This document shows positions 23,866-35,958 of a stretch of DNA of 64,000 nucleotides, piece by piece. The notes under the pieces are model-generated. The model had not been told where the DNA came from, made no database searches, and was given only the letters and a program-made list of their open reading frames with translations. Made by a program: the position numbers and the translations under genes. Position 1 is the stretch's first letter. Each line of letters opens with the position of its first letter. Location: NCBI GenBank assembly GCA_030704615.1, contig CM060731.1, positions 95,232,001 through 95,296,000 on the forward strand, in the 5' to 3' direction. Source of the DNA: Takakia lepidozioides (lineage: Eukaryota; Plantae; Bryophyta).

Positions 23866-24409
23866 GTTAGTCATGTACTCCGTGAGCTTGAAGGCGTGAG
23901 CCTGTGAGCCCAGGAGCCCGTGAGCCCACCATAGGCTCACGCCACGTCATCTATGAATTCCGAACTTACAGGGCGTATTTCCGCGGGAGGCGCCTATAGC
24001 CGCGGACTGACTTACCCTTTTTCAGTCATTGCAGATAACGTCTTTTACATCCATCCCACCCCCTGCCCTCGTGTCATAAACAACGATTTGATTAGTGTTC
24101 AATTGCCGAAGTGAGAGAGAATGAGGGTGCTGGTTACATGAAGCTTTCTTACCACTCCAAACGTAGTAGCAGCTTACAGTGCAGATCCGCAGACCCAAAA
24201 GTTAGCGGACTGGAGTTGAGGCTTGGACACGTGAAAATCGCCCACATGGAATAGTGTAATTTAGATGTGGTGTACATACTAAGCCCTTGCATGTTTGGAA
24301 ATGGATTAATGTCCTTGTATTTGAATGAAACATTCTGCGGGATGGCCGGGATGAAATCAATGTATGCGGTTTGACTTGACACAAACTAATGCACTTTTGG
24401 CAGGTTCCC

Positions 24410-24830
24410 CCGCAGATGCCTGAAAAGTAGTTTGTGGCACCACACACGTTTTGTTCTTTTTGTTCTCACGAAGATGCCCTGAAAGTAGTGTGTGGCACCG
24501 CACACTTCTTTCGGGGCATCTGCAGTGCACGTTTTCTCTGCAGCTGCCCACCCCACACACGGTTTTTTTTTTTTTTTTTTTTTTTTTCCGTTCCCACGTA
24601 GATGCCCTGAAAACAGTGTGCGGCACCGCACACTGTTTTCAGGGCATCTGCGGAGCATATTTTCTCTGCAGATGCCCATCCCATTTATTTTTATTTATTT
24701 TATTTATTTTTTTCATTTTTTCGTTTTTTTCGTTCCTTCGCAGCTGCCCGGAAAACAGTGTGCGGCACCGCACACTGTTTTCAGGGCATCTCCAGAGCAC
24801 GTTTTCTCTGCATATGCCCATCCCACACAC
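24410..24830. repeat. Four ~52-bp palindromes (GATGCCCTGAAAACAGTGTGCGG-CA-CCGCACACTGTTTTCAGGGCATC) separated by T-rich tracts
   Basis: Perfect arms at 24601-24650; variants at about 24412, 24472 and 24741. Confidence 0.85.
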
Positions 24831-25759
24831 GTTTTTTTTACAAATTGCTGATCCAAATGCTAAGGTACTGGTGAGACTGGGAGACTCCAAGACAGCCCAA
24901 TACATTGAGAAGATGTTGAAACCCAGTACTTTTTCGGACAACCAGCCTAAGCCTCAGTTCGGTAATTACAAACGGCAACGTATGAAGGGGCAGACGCCTC
25001 ACCAACAAGGTAAAACATATGCTTCTCGGGGAAGAGGTACCCCGGTACGTGGAAGAGGCCTATACCAAAGGGGTGGACACTTTGGCTAGATGCAAACTTC
25101 TGCCAACACATCTGAAAATACCAGATTGACCAACCGCTCTCCACCGGGTGGATCGGGGTCTAATTCCACCACCACCATCAACATTGCCAGCCAAGAGTCA
25201 TACAGGACCCGGAGAGGTTCAGAGGGGTTCTCCCCGATCCGCAAACGAGATTTCGGATCATGGCAGGACACTTGACCTGGTATACTCCTCTCATCTATGT
25301 GCATGTATCTTTCTAATCTTACTTCTGGATATATGCAGGCTGATACCCGAAGTTCATGGTAGCTAATTATCTACACATGACCAAGGATGCTTAATCCTTT
25401 ACATTTCAAGCAAATACCATTGTATGAAGGGGTTTGTCCCATACTCTCTTGTCACTTCTTTTGATCCTTCAGACCCAGTTGTGGGTCATGCTTTGATCAA
25501 TGGCTTAAGCAAGTTTGAGGAGGGGATATAGGCCTTTCCTGCCCCATTGGCGAATGTGTCTAGGGGTGGGAAACTATATTGCAGAGGGAGAAAACTTGTG
25601 AAGGGGTCTGGTATGCACTCCCTTACGGGGTGAGTGCATACCACACTCACTCCATAAGGGACTGCCATACCAGGGGCTGGTTGGTGGGTGCCCCCTCTCT
25701 CCCTCTGTCTCCCTCTCTACTGGGAACCGGTAGTTTGCTATCAGTGTTGATTCCCTATT

Positions 25760-26330
25760 TTTTCACCCATACCGGATGAAGTTTTGACAGAGGTTCATCC
25801 ATCCTCTATCGTTTTCATCCATACCGGATGAGCCACCAGGATGGACACTGAATTACCTCTAGGATGGTTCTTTTGGCTTTTTCATTCCTCCTTTATTGAC
25901 TCTCATCCATACCGGATGAGTCACCATGGTATGGAAAAAATTACCTCTATGAAGGTTGCCAACAACATCCTTTTTTTCATCCATACCGGTTGAAAAAATA
26001 CCAGGATAATAATTTTTTTCATTCCTCTTTCATTGACTCTTTTTATCCATACCGGATGGTCTGGTGAGGAATGTTGAATTACCTAGGAGGAGGTAAACCA
26101 CTGCCACGGATGATATTCCCTACTTTTTTCATCCTGACATAGTGATCTGTTTATGGATGACGTGATTATGGCCTGGGATTGATCTTTACTACCCCTAATT
26201 ATGATTAATTACGGGGGAAACCCTAACCCCTACCCTAAAACCTATTTTTAACCCTATTGCGGATGAAATCCGTCAGGGTAGAAGGTTGTATCCTACTATT
26301 TTTCATCCACGGATGAGAAATCAGGGAAAG
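25760..26330. repeat. Dispersed TTTTCATCCATACCGGATG repeats with AATTACCT motifs
   Basis: Copies near 25763, 25812, 25902, 25975 and 26042. Confidence 0.7.
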
Positions 26331-27377
26331 AAAACCCTATGTTGTCTCTCCCGCTGTCAGAAGCACGCGATGTGCTTCTGAGCTCGCGGGGAGAGTGTTA
26401 TGGCGGACGTGCTTTGGTGGCTGCCCCGTTTGTGGTGTCGTACCCATGCTGAACGAGCGCCTGGGGAGGCGCGAAGGCGGCGCCCTGTCTCTCTTGCAGC
26501 GGGAAACACTGCTGTGAATGCAGTGGCATCTTCCCTCCTCTAGCTTTTAAGTTTAGCAAGGGCATTTGTGCTGGGAAGTCTCTCTCCCTCCTTTCTGGTG
26601 CCTTGCATTTTTGCCTGTTTTGCTTCATTGCTCATGTGCTTTGTGGAGGCGGTTTGCTGCGGGTGGTGATGGCGCATACCCTCTCCCCAATCGCTTAAGG
26701 TGCCTTTGGAGTTTAGGGATCCTCATGTTCTGTGTTCTTCTCTTGCTTTTGAGTTTCTTAGTTGACATCGATGACAAGTGTGAGGGTCTATGATTCACCT
26801 GGGGTTCCACAATCCTCACTAATCTGTGATTTTGGGGGGGCTTGTGATGGGACCAGGTGAGGACCCTCACCTATTGAGTTTCTGAGCATGCAGTTGGGAT
26901 ATGGGCTGAGGAGACCTGTGGGTTATTGCGCTGTGAGGTGGCTGCTGCTTGCAGCCCCGATTTTCAACCCGATACTCCCTGGTTTGGCATGCTACAGCCT
27001 GTGTTTTGGCCTTGTCGTTCTGCCTCGATGCGCAGCTCGGCCTGTCTGGCTGTTTCCTGAGGCCTGCATACAAACCATACCATACTTTGATCTTTGACAG
27101 CAGGGCTGTGGATTATTGAGCTAGGTTTAAGTTCCAAAGAGGATCGGTTTAGGTGGTGTTTTTGGCGGTTTTTGGGTCTCTATGGACATGGTTGGCCTGA
27201 ATGTATGGCGGCGGTAGCCTGAATAAGGCACCGACCTGCCTTTTCAGGCCTGTTTCTGATGTGTATTGGATCTTAGTGAGTGTTCTTTGCAGCTTTAGCA
27301 TGGAACTCTTGAAGGATGAGGATGGTAAGCTGCAATGGGATCCTACCTATAGTCTTGGCTTTGTCATGACATCAGGC

Positions 27378-28431
27378 TGTTAGAGGGACTGTCTGGAACT
27401 TAGACACTTGTACGGGATCTGTGGGGTACCCTTAATTTTTGCACAGACTGAGACCAACTGGAGCCTTAGGGGTGATAGCAGTGTACTTTAGAAGGGGGTT
27501 ACACAGCCCGTCACAGCCAACACAGCAGACCGTCCGACACAGCAACACAGCTCGTCACAGTCCGACACAGACAACAAGCTCGTCACAGTCGACATAGCCG
27601 ACACAGTCCGACACAGCCAACACAGCTCGTCACAGTCCGACACAGCCGACACAGCCCCATCACAGCCGACACAGCCCATCACAGCCAGTCACAGCCAGAC
27701 ACAGCCGTCACAGTCAGTCACAGCTCAACACAGTCGCACAGCCAGTCACAGCTTGACACAGCTGTCACGACCATAGGGAACGAATAGCAGGACAGGGAAA
27801 GACTGGGGGGAACAACATCTACGAATGGAACATGTAGTACCCGGATGACGGTTAGTGAGGGAAACGGTTAGAACAACGGGTAGGAAGATAAAGCGAGAGC
27901 GAGGACGGGAAAATGATCATTCGGGGGAATCGGTGCTGGGGGGGGGGGAGACTTCGGACATCACGGGAGAAAGGAGAAGAGAGCGCATCTCTGAGCGGAA
28001 GAGAGAGAGAGAGAGCACAGAGTAGGAGGAGGACGATCTGTGATGCTTAATGAATGCAAGCAGTAGGGTTGTAATGTAGAGCAGATTAGAGACTCCATGG
28101 CTTCAGCCTGATACTTGATAGATATTAATCTGATACATACTTCATACTCACACTGTGTAGAGAGATCTGAGTGAAGCTGTGGAATGAATGGATGAGATGA
28201 TGGAATCCGATAGATTGCTGAAGCAAACTGATACTTAATTACCAACAGAGAGGTAACCAGCTAACATGAATGCGGGAAGGAAAACAAATAGGAAACAACC
28301 CCATGATACACTAGCTGTAGGTCATGACTGATTGTTCTGAGCGGGCTGAGTGCTTAGAGATTTCCAACTCTTCTATCTTGGAGTTTCCGCCTCGGATAGC
28401 GAAGGGATGGGTGAGTAAAAGCCGCGTGACA
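27378..28431 (+). repeat. 5' LTR of copy C with internal CACAG array (27500-27770)
   Basis: TG...CA ends; followed by PBS TTTGGCGACCATACTGGGGA. Confidence 0.9.
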
Positions 28432-31400
28432 TTTGGCGACCATACTGGGGAACTGGGTCATGAACAACCAGATGTGACAGGCATCTGGTGGGATCATGGT
28501 GGTGGAGAATTAAAGAATTTGATGTAAATCAAATTCCTTGTGAACTGAGAAGGAAAGATTATCCAAACGATTCTTTCAGAGGATCTTGGAATTGCCAGAC
28601 GGTTGTAAAGAAAACATTCTTAAGAGAGTGCATGATGCTGACCCTGAATGGGGTCTGGAGAAAGGAGTGATAAAGATTTATCAGGTGGCCTGTAGAGGAA
28701 GAGCACGTTGGTTACCAACACTGGTTTATGTGATAGCATTGCTATCCATAAGTGAGTAGAGTTTGAAGGCGGAGGAAGAAAGAAAGGTGAATGTTTATAC
28801 TCATATGCATGAAGAGCTTGTACTGGTAAAGAATTGGATTCCAAAGGATATTTTGTGGATCAAACTCACACCAAGAACAACTTTCCAGACTTGTTTGCCA
28901 TATGGTATATGGTAACGGAGACTTCTAGTATAGCCAAGGGTGCATTGAAGCTAGAAAGAAACCCAGGCATATACGAGAGATTACAGAAGAGAGTTTTGGT
29001 TATTGGCCACATTAAAAGAAATGAAGACATGGGACATGAGTGATGAAAGAGAAGCTAGACGCCACCAGAGATATTCAGCAAAAAGAGAAAGCTATCTGAA
29101 AGCTAATTATCCATATCTTTGGGAGAGAGGAATAGACATAGGGGAATCATCTGGACCTCTCACACCATTAAGATCAGAGAGTACATCACCCATACCGGAA
29201 GAACTAGAGTTGGATGCCACTCCTTCTTTTTTTTGCAAGAAAGATTAAGGGAATTGGTACGGGAAGAAGATCAATCACGAGGTGAAAGATCTGAGGTACA
29301 TCCCTGGATAAAAGATTTGACAGAAAATCTTTAATAAGAGTTGGCATGGAATACCAAAAGCAGGAACTCCAGTTTTTGAAGCGGAAGGTGAAGAAGGAGG
29401 AGAGGAATGTGGCAGAGCCAACGGAGAGTTCAGACTCTCCAACACCATTGCAGTTGAGTTACATGAGTGAAGAAGAAACCCAAGGGCAGAAACTTGGAGG
29501 ATGAAAACAGAGAGAAGAAATTGGAAGAGGAAGGGTATGAAGAAGTAGACCCAACAGCTGAGTTGAGACTACAACCAGGACATCCCAACCCGTTGGACCT
29601 GGATCAAGTGGAGCACTTGGATCACAGGCCAACGAAGGTGTCGGCTCAGGGGGATCAGGCGGGCTGCCTGGATCTGGCTCTGGGGGGGGACAGGGGGAGT
29701 GTGGGAAGTAGTGCAGTTGAAGCGGAATACTGTGAATATCGTGGGGCCAGAAGCAGGGAGTGCTCAAGGGCCACCACTTGGTGGAAGATCCACCACAACA
29801 ACAATAGGTCCAGAAGGACCAGCACCAGCAAGGGTGCTCCGACCTGTCAGTAGGCAGAAGGTAGGGCCCACAGATGGCGTTACAACCAACACGGGCAAAA
29901 CACCTTTTCCAATATATTCAGGAAAAGGGGATCCCGATGTACACATTAGCCAATTTGAGCACATGTGTATAGTGAACAATGAGAATGGCGAAGATGCCAA
30001 GATGAGATTGTTTCCTTGTTCACTTATCAAGAAAGCAAGTGAATGGTATGCAAGATTCCCTGATAATCATTTCCTAACCTGGAATGGCTTGAATACAACA
30101 TTCCGAAATAGGTTCAGGACAAGTAAAACCGAGATGAAGTGTATGGAGTTTACAACAGTAAAGCAAAAGAAGCATGAAACTGTTGAGGAGTATATGGAAA
30201 AGATGGAATTGATGATGAAAAAGCTGGCTGCAGTACCAGCACCAGGTTTACAGAAGACTTGGTTTGTGAGTGGACTAAGACCAGAGTTGCAAAAGAAAGT
30301 GGATATGTTACCCCATAATACAGTGGAGGAGGCATTTGAAACTGCAAACAGAATTGAGCAATTGGGAATGCTCAGGAGAGAGAAAAGGGATGATGAAGAC
30401 TCTGAGGATGAGTCAGATGAAGAAGAAGAGCAAGAACTAAAAAGGAAGAGTAAGAGAAATGAGAAGTTGAAGAGGGATAACTATGAGAAAAGATTGGAAG
30501 AAATCTTGAAAAAGTATGCCACAGAGGCTGCAACACATTGGAGGAAGGGTGTATGGTGGGGTGTGCAAAGTGCCAGAATGAAGGCCATACCACCACAGAA
30601 TGCCACATGAAGGAGAAACACTGTACTATCTGTAAAATGGATAACCATTCTACTGAGAATTGTTACTACAACAGAAGGACAGTTGCAAGAGAACCTAGGC
30701 AAGTAAGGGTGCATCAGGTGCAGCCCCAGCCAAGAAGAAACAATGATCAGGACCACTATGGTAGGTCTGGTGGTTATAACAATGGCATGGAAGGGAGAGG
30801 TAATTCAAGAGGGAATTACCAAGGAAATTCCAGAGGCAACTATCAGGGTAATCCAAGGGGGAATTACCAGCCCCGGGAATCAGGATTACAGAAATAATCC
30901 AAGAGCAGACCAAGGGCGAGGACCCAATGGTGAAGAACTATGTTACTATTGTAATCAGCCAGGACATCGCAAGGCAGCCTGTTCATTCTAGATTAGACAC
31001 CAAAATGAGATGAGAGCTCCTGTGAATGAGGGCCCAGTGGTGGCAGCTCACATGGTTAGGCCATGTGTTGTACCAAAGTAGTACAATGATAGTAACAAGA
31101 AGTAAAGCCAAACTAATACCTCCAGTAGTAGAGGAAGAGGATGATAATGAAGGTGGCAGTGATATGCCTGAAGATGATGAGGCTTGGAGAGATGAGAAGG
31201 AACTGCACAAGGAAGTGGCAGATACCATAAGGGAAATGCAAAAGAAGAGTACTGAATTCATGTGGCAGATTCCTCTGATTCTGATGGAGAAGAGAAGAAG
31301 TGAGTGAGGATGAAAGGAAGAAAGAAGATGCAGACATGCAAAATAATGAAGGGACTTTGGCTGAAGTAATATGCCAGACCAAAGCAGAGATTACCATTGG

Positions 31401-31903
31401 ACAGCTATTGGCTGTGGCACCTTTTTAGAACAGGCTGTATCAAGCAATCAATCGAATTGCCCAGGAGACAGGAAACACAGACCTGAACAACAATGTGACA
31501 AGTTATAATGTGAAGCCGGAAGGGCGAGAAATAGTCATGGACTTTGATGATTCTATGCCAGTAATCCAATTGAGAATTGGAAGCACAGAACTAACTGATG
31601 TACTGATAGATGGAGGCTCAGGAGTAAAATCATGACAGACCAATTAAGGAAGAAGCTTGTCTAAGTAACATGAAACCAGCCCCATTTACAGTAACAATGG
31701 CAGATCAAAGAAGTGTACAGCCATTGGGATTAATAAGAGGAGTTAAGATACAGATACAGAGGATGATCTTTATGATCACAGTAACTGTGTTGAAGATGGA
31801 TGAAGTAATGGAGGCTTACTCCTTATTATTGGGACGTCCGTGGCTGAAACATGCCAAGGTATTCCATGATTGGAATTCTCAGTTACTAACCGTGCATAAT
31901 GGG
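27378..31903 (+). mobile_element. Ty3/gypsy non-chromovirus copy C: 5' LTR, PBS, 5' extra ORF, gag and protease; heavily frameshifted and cut by the gap
   Basis: TGTTAGAG...GCGTGACA LTR; gag GKGDPDVHISQF, CYYCNQPGHRKAAC; protease LIDGGSG; colinear with copy B. Confidence 0.92.
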
Positions 31904-32403
31904 NNNNNNNNNNNNNNNNNNNNNNNNNNNNNNNNNNNNNNNNNNNNNNNNNNNNNNNNNNNNNNNNNNNNNNNNNNNNNNNNNNNNNNNNNNNNNNNNN
32001 NNNNNNNNNNNNNNNNNNNNNNNNNNNNNNNNNNNNNNNNNNNNNNNNNNNNNNNNNNNNNNNNNNNNNNNNNNNNNNNNNNNNNNNNNNNNNNNNNNNN
32101 NNNNNNNNNNNNNNNNNNNNNNNNNNNNNNNNNNNNNNNNNNNNNNNNNNNNNNNNNNNNNNNNNNNNNNNNNNNNNNNNNNNNNNNNNNNNNNNNNNNN
32201 NNNNNNNNNNNNNNNNNNNNNNNNNNNNNNNNNNNNNNNNNNNNNNNNNNNNNNNNNNNNNNNNNNNNNNNNNNNNNNNNNNNNNNNNNNNNNNNNNNNN
32301 NNNNNNNNNNNNNNNNNNNNNNNNNNNNNNNNNNNNNNNNNNNNNNNNNNNNNNNNNNNNNNNNNNNNNNNNNNNNNNNNNNNNNNNNNNNNNNNNNNNN
32401 NNN
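31904..32403. other. Assembly gap (500 N)
   Basis: Run of n; the flanks belong to different elements. Confidence 1.
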
Positions 32404-34370
32404 GTCCGAAAATTCACAAGGGCCAGCGCTCCGGGGGTCGGCTGCGAAGAGATCACTATACGAGGATGCACCTAGCGACCTACCGTGCGGTGCAGATTGC
32501 GGGCAGGGAAGTTCTCAAAACACCCACAATTGTGGAGTGTGTTAATGAAATTTCCTAACTGCTCTGACCAGAAGGCTGGAGATAACGAGTTTGAGGAAGG
32601 CGATCGAGGCCCACCAGGGAAGGGGAAGAGGAAGGCCACTGGCAATGATATGGAGGACACTCCTGGCTACACAAAGATGATGGAGTATTTTGTGGCGATG
32701 AGCCACGGCAAAAAGAGCACAGTCGGGGCAGGGCGGTGAAAGCCTCCATCGACATGATCCTTGTGGATATCCCGGATGGCAGGAGATACTGGGGCTGGGC
32801 TCAGTTCCCTGGTGGAACAAGTACGACGAACGATACTGGAGCCACACATTCGGGTTCGCAGCCAACATGTTGGACGACGTTGGCTGTGTTGTTGTGCTAG
32901 CAGCCGATGGAGAAGTCACTGAGAATGATATCAAAGTATGGACGGGGAGAAGTGCAGCACCCATCCTGAAAAAGATCTGGACTTGCATCAACACGCAGGG
33001 TCTTCTCAACGATGGCCAGAAGGTATGCTGTGGTTCTCCTCTGCTATGTCAATTTCTGGCCAAAATTGCCCCTGTACATGTAGGCCACCTCTGACGTTTT
33101 CATTTCCTTCTCTGCAGACTCTTATCTTTCAGGCATTTTGCTTCGTGAAGGAACATTCGAAATTCAAATTACGTGAAGCAGGAAGACTTGTTGATTCCAC
33201 AGTTGATCCACTGGAGTATAACGTCCTGTTCAACCATGTGGAGAGAAGGACATTCTTTGTGATTTGTCGGGCAAGCCATGGAGGTATGGCAGGACCAGGA
33301 GTCCTGCATTCATCCAGACGCTCATGGAAACGTGTACGGATGTTGAAGGCAGGGTCCTTGACGTCACTGCAAATACAGGTGAGAACGTTAATTGAATGCG
33401 GCACCGAAATTGACACCATTTCCGTTTCTGTATATTTGCTTGTGCGAGGAAGCGACTCATTCTTGAGTTTGGCTGTGGTTGTCGTATGATCTATTAAATT
33501 TGGCGTCCTTCTCAGCGTCATGCCTCCTCCGACTGAGGATCCCAAAACCGCCAGAATATGGACGTGGACGTAGAATGCGGCAATGAAGAGGATGAAGTCC
33601 CTCTGTAAATTCGTTCGATGCAAGGTGCCGCCCGACCGCTTCCCCCAATGCGCTTCTTTCTTGGAGTGAGTTGCGACCGATAGTATGTCTTGGTTTCGTT
33701 GATAGGGGAACCATGGCGGGCCTTCCGAGAATCCCTGTTTGAATTCTCTAATGTACTTACATTCTAGTTTGTGCGTACACTCAGCCTTGTCATAGTCTCC
33801 GACGAGGAGAAGCCTGGAGACCTTGCCTCGAATTGGACCCGGTTGTAGGGAGGAGCAACCTGCCGATGATCGCATTTTGTTCTCTAATGTACTTCCCACC
33901 TGTGCACCCCCCCCCTCCCCTCCAGAGGAGTCTCCCGCCCCCCCGCCCTGTCCCAATCGGACCCCCCCCCCCCACCGTCGCCTTCTTTTTGCCAGAAAAT
34001 CGTTTCTCTCTCGAGTCCCCCAGAAGCCCTTTTTTCTACCAGCCTATGCAGACACGGCTGCCAAAGAAGCCTCAGGAGTGAGGATAGGCCTACTCGGTGT
34101 AGAGCAATTGACATACGGGAATGAGCAGAGAATTATAATGAGGCGTGAGGCCAAACATAGAATTGTGAAAGGCAGAGTAGGGAGTTCGTAAGAAATCCGC
34201 GTCCGAGAGCGAGGGGAATGTTCGAGGACACTTCCGCACCCAGGTGGACAGTTTCCGGCTGGTGAGGATGGTATTTTTTTGAGGGGAGGGCTTCTCAGAG
34301 TAACACGGTAGCGGCAGTGCAGGTTCGGAGGCAGGTGGAAGCAGCCATCCCTTGCATGAGGCAGGGTGAT
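32404..34370 (+). pseudogene. Diverged homolog of the accessory gene's methyltransferase-like region
   Basis: DTPGYTKMMEYF, IDMILVDIPDG, MLDDVGCVVVLA, TLIFQAFCFVK, RSPAFIQTLMETCTDVEGRVLDVTANTG; two introns at the same positions as in copy 1. Confidence 0.85.
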
Positions 34371-35097
34371 GCATCGGACATTGATAGCGGATCCTCACCA
34401 TAGCAAAGTCTCATTTGGATCCTTTTGTTGTACTTCTGAAACACTTAATGAATATATTTGACGATTTGAAAAATCCATTGTGTTCAGACTGCTTGTCCCA
34501 TTCCCTACATTTCTTCCGCCAACCAAAATCTATAATAAAAGCAGAAGAGACGCAAACTTCAGTGAAGAACCCTACAAGTAATTTATGCACACCATCGACC
34601 CGGGAATTGAGCCATGAAAACCCCCTGCCGTTTCTAACATTCCTATTGGGAAATTTGGCGCCGAAATAGCCCAGTTTGCGCCTTCGTTATATGGGGCCTC
34701 AAAATTCCACACGGATGAATTACTGCACCAAAAATATTGCGATGGAACCTTCAGCACAAGGCACTTCACCACATTCCACTTGGGTATTTCGGCGCCGAAA
34801 TTGCCCGTTCTGCGCCATTAAATCCCGCACTATATCACATTTTAAGAGGTAATTTCGGTGCCGAAATACCCCGGTGGATGTCTTCAAAACACCATTTTAG
34901 CACACTGCTCTTGGGAATAACGGCGCCGAAATTCCTCATTCCGCATCCTGGACCAGGAGAAACAGACCCTATTACCGAGGTAAGAGGACATAACACCGTC
35001 AATAAAGGCAGGAAAATTCCAATTCCGCGGATGTCCGCTCATGAGCTCATAGGCTCATAGGCTCATGGGCTCATGCGCTCATGAAATAGTAAACCTC
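32404..35097 (+). mobile_element. Right part of a diverged relative of the MULE (MTase-like exons, subterminal palindromes, right TIR)
   Basis: Ends GCTCATGAAATAGTAAACCTC at 35097; TTTCGGCGCCGAAA motifs at 34650-34940. Confidence 0.85.
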
Positions 35098-35291
35098 TTC
35101 CAAGAACAGAGAAAGACCCCAAAACCAATGTGATAGAAGTGGTGAGCGACCACTCCTTTGACCAATGGCTTCACAAAGCTACATTCTGGAGCCAGGTGAG
35201 AGAAACTACCCATTCATTCTTGCAGTTTCTATTTTTCCATAATTCCGTGTTGTTTGGCTCCGTAGCCTCACATTTACCTTGTTGGGATAGC

Positions 35292-35922
35292 TGTCACGGA
35301 CATAGCCCAGAAGAACTTACCAGGAGTAAATACCAGAAGTTACCAAGTTACCATGTTATCGAAAGTTACCATGACTTACCGTGATTTACCATGATCTACC
35401 ATGATTACCATTACTTACCAAGTTACCGGGAGTTTACCAAATTACCAAGAGTAACTTGGGAAACTACTCAGGAAGCTTCGTTTGGAGGAAACTTCTCCAT
35501 CAAGATACCTCTTTTGTTTAAGGAAGCTTCTCTATCAAGAAACCTTTATTTAATCTTGGAAACTTCTCCAGCAAGAAACCTTCATAGGGGAAGCTTCTTG
35601 GGGAAGCTTCTTAATAGCCAGTATATATAGGAGGCGAGACTGGACACTCTTCAGTCTCGCCTTCACCAGTTCAAACTACTCTTGTTTCCAGTTCCCAGTA
35701 CTCCAGTCCAGTTTCCAGTATCTGGTACTCCAGTCCAGTTTCCAGCTTTCCAGTATTCAAGTCGTGTTCCAATATCTTGTACTCTTGTTCATTGTTATAA
35801 AGATCGTCTTGATTCCTATTTACTCATCGTGCATTCAGCCACGCCGACCTTGACTTCTTGTCTAGCATTGTACCTCTAGTTTTATCTCTTGTTTATGTTC
35901 AGTCATGTTCTCGTCCTTGACA
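35292..35922 (+). repeat. 5' LTR of the chromovirus with TTACCA repeats and TATA box (35622)
   Basis: TG...CA ends with an imperfect inverted repeat (TGTCA/TGACA); TATATATA at 35622-35629. Confidence 0.8.
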
Positions 35923-35926
35923 GTTT

Positions 35927-35939
35927 GGCGAGACTAAAG
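35927..35939 (+). promoter_or_regulatory. Self-priming (Tf1-type) primer binding site
   Basis: GGCGAGACTAAAG is complementary (12/13) to CTTCAGTCTCGCC at 35649-35661, about 30 bp downstream of the TATA box. Confidence 0.75.
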
Positions 35940-35958
35940 TTTGTTCTTTATTAGTAAG

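Noticed and set aside
31670-32558. ORFs spanning the N run
   Set aside because: Artefact of the gap; the two sides belong to different elements
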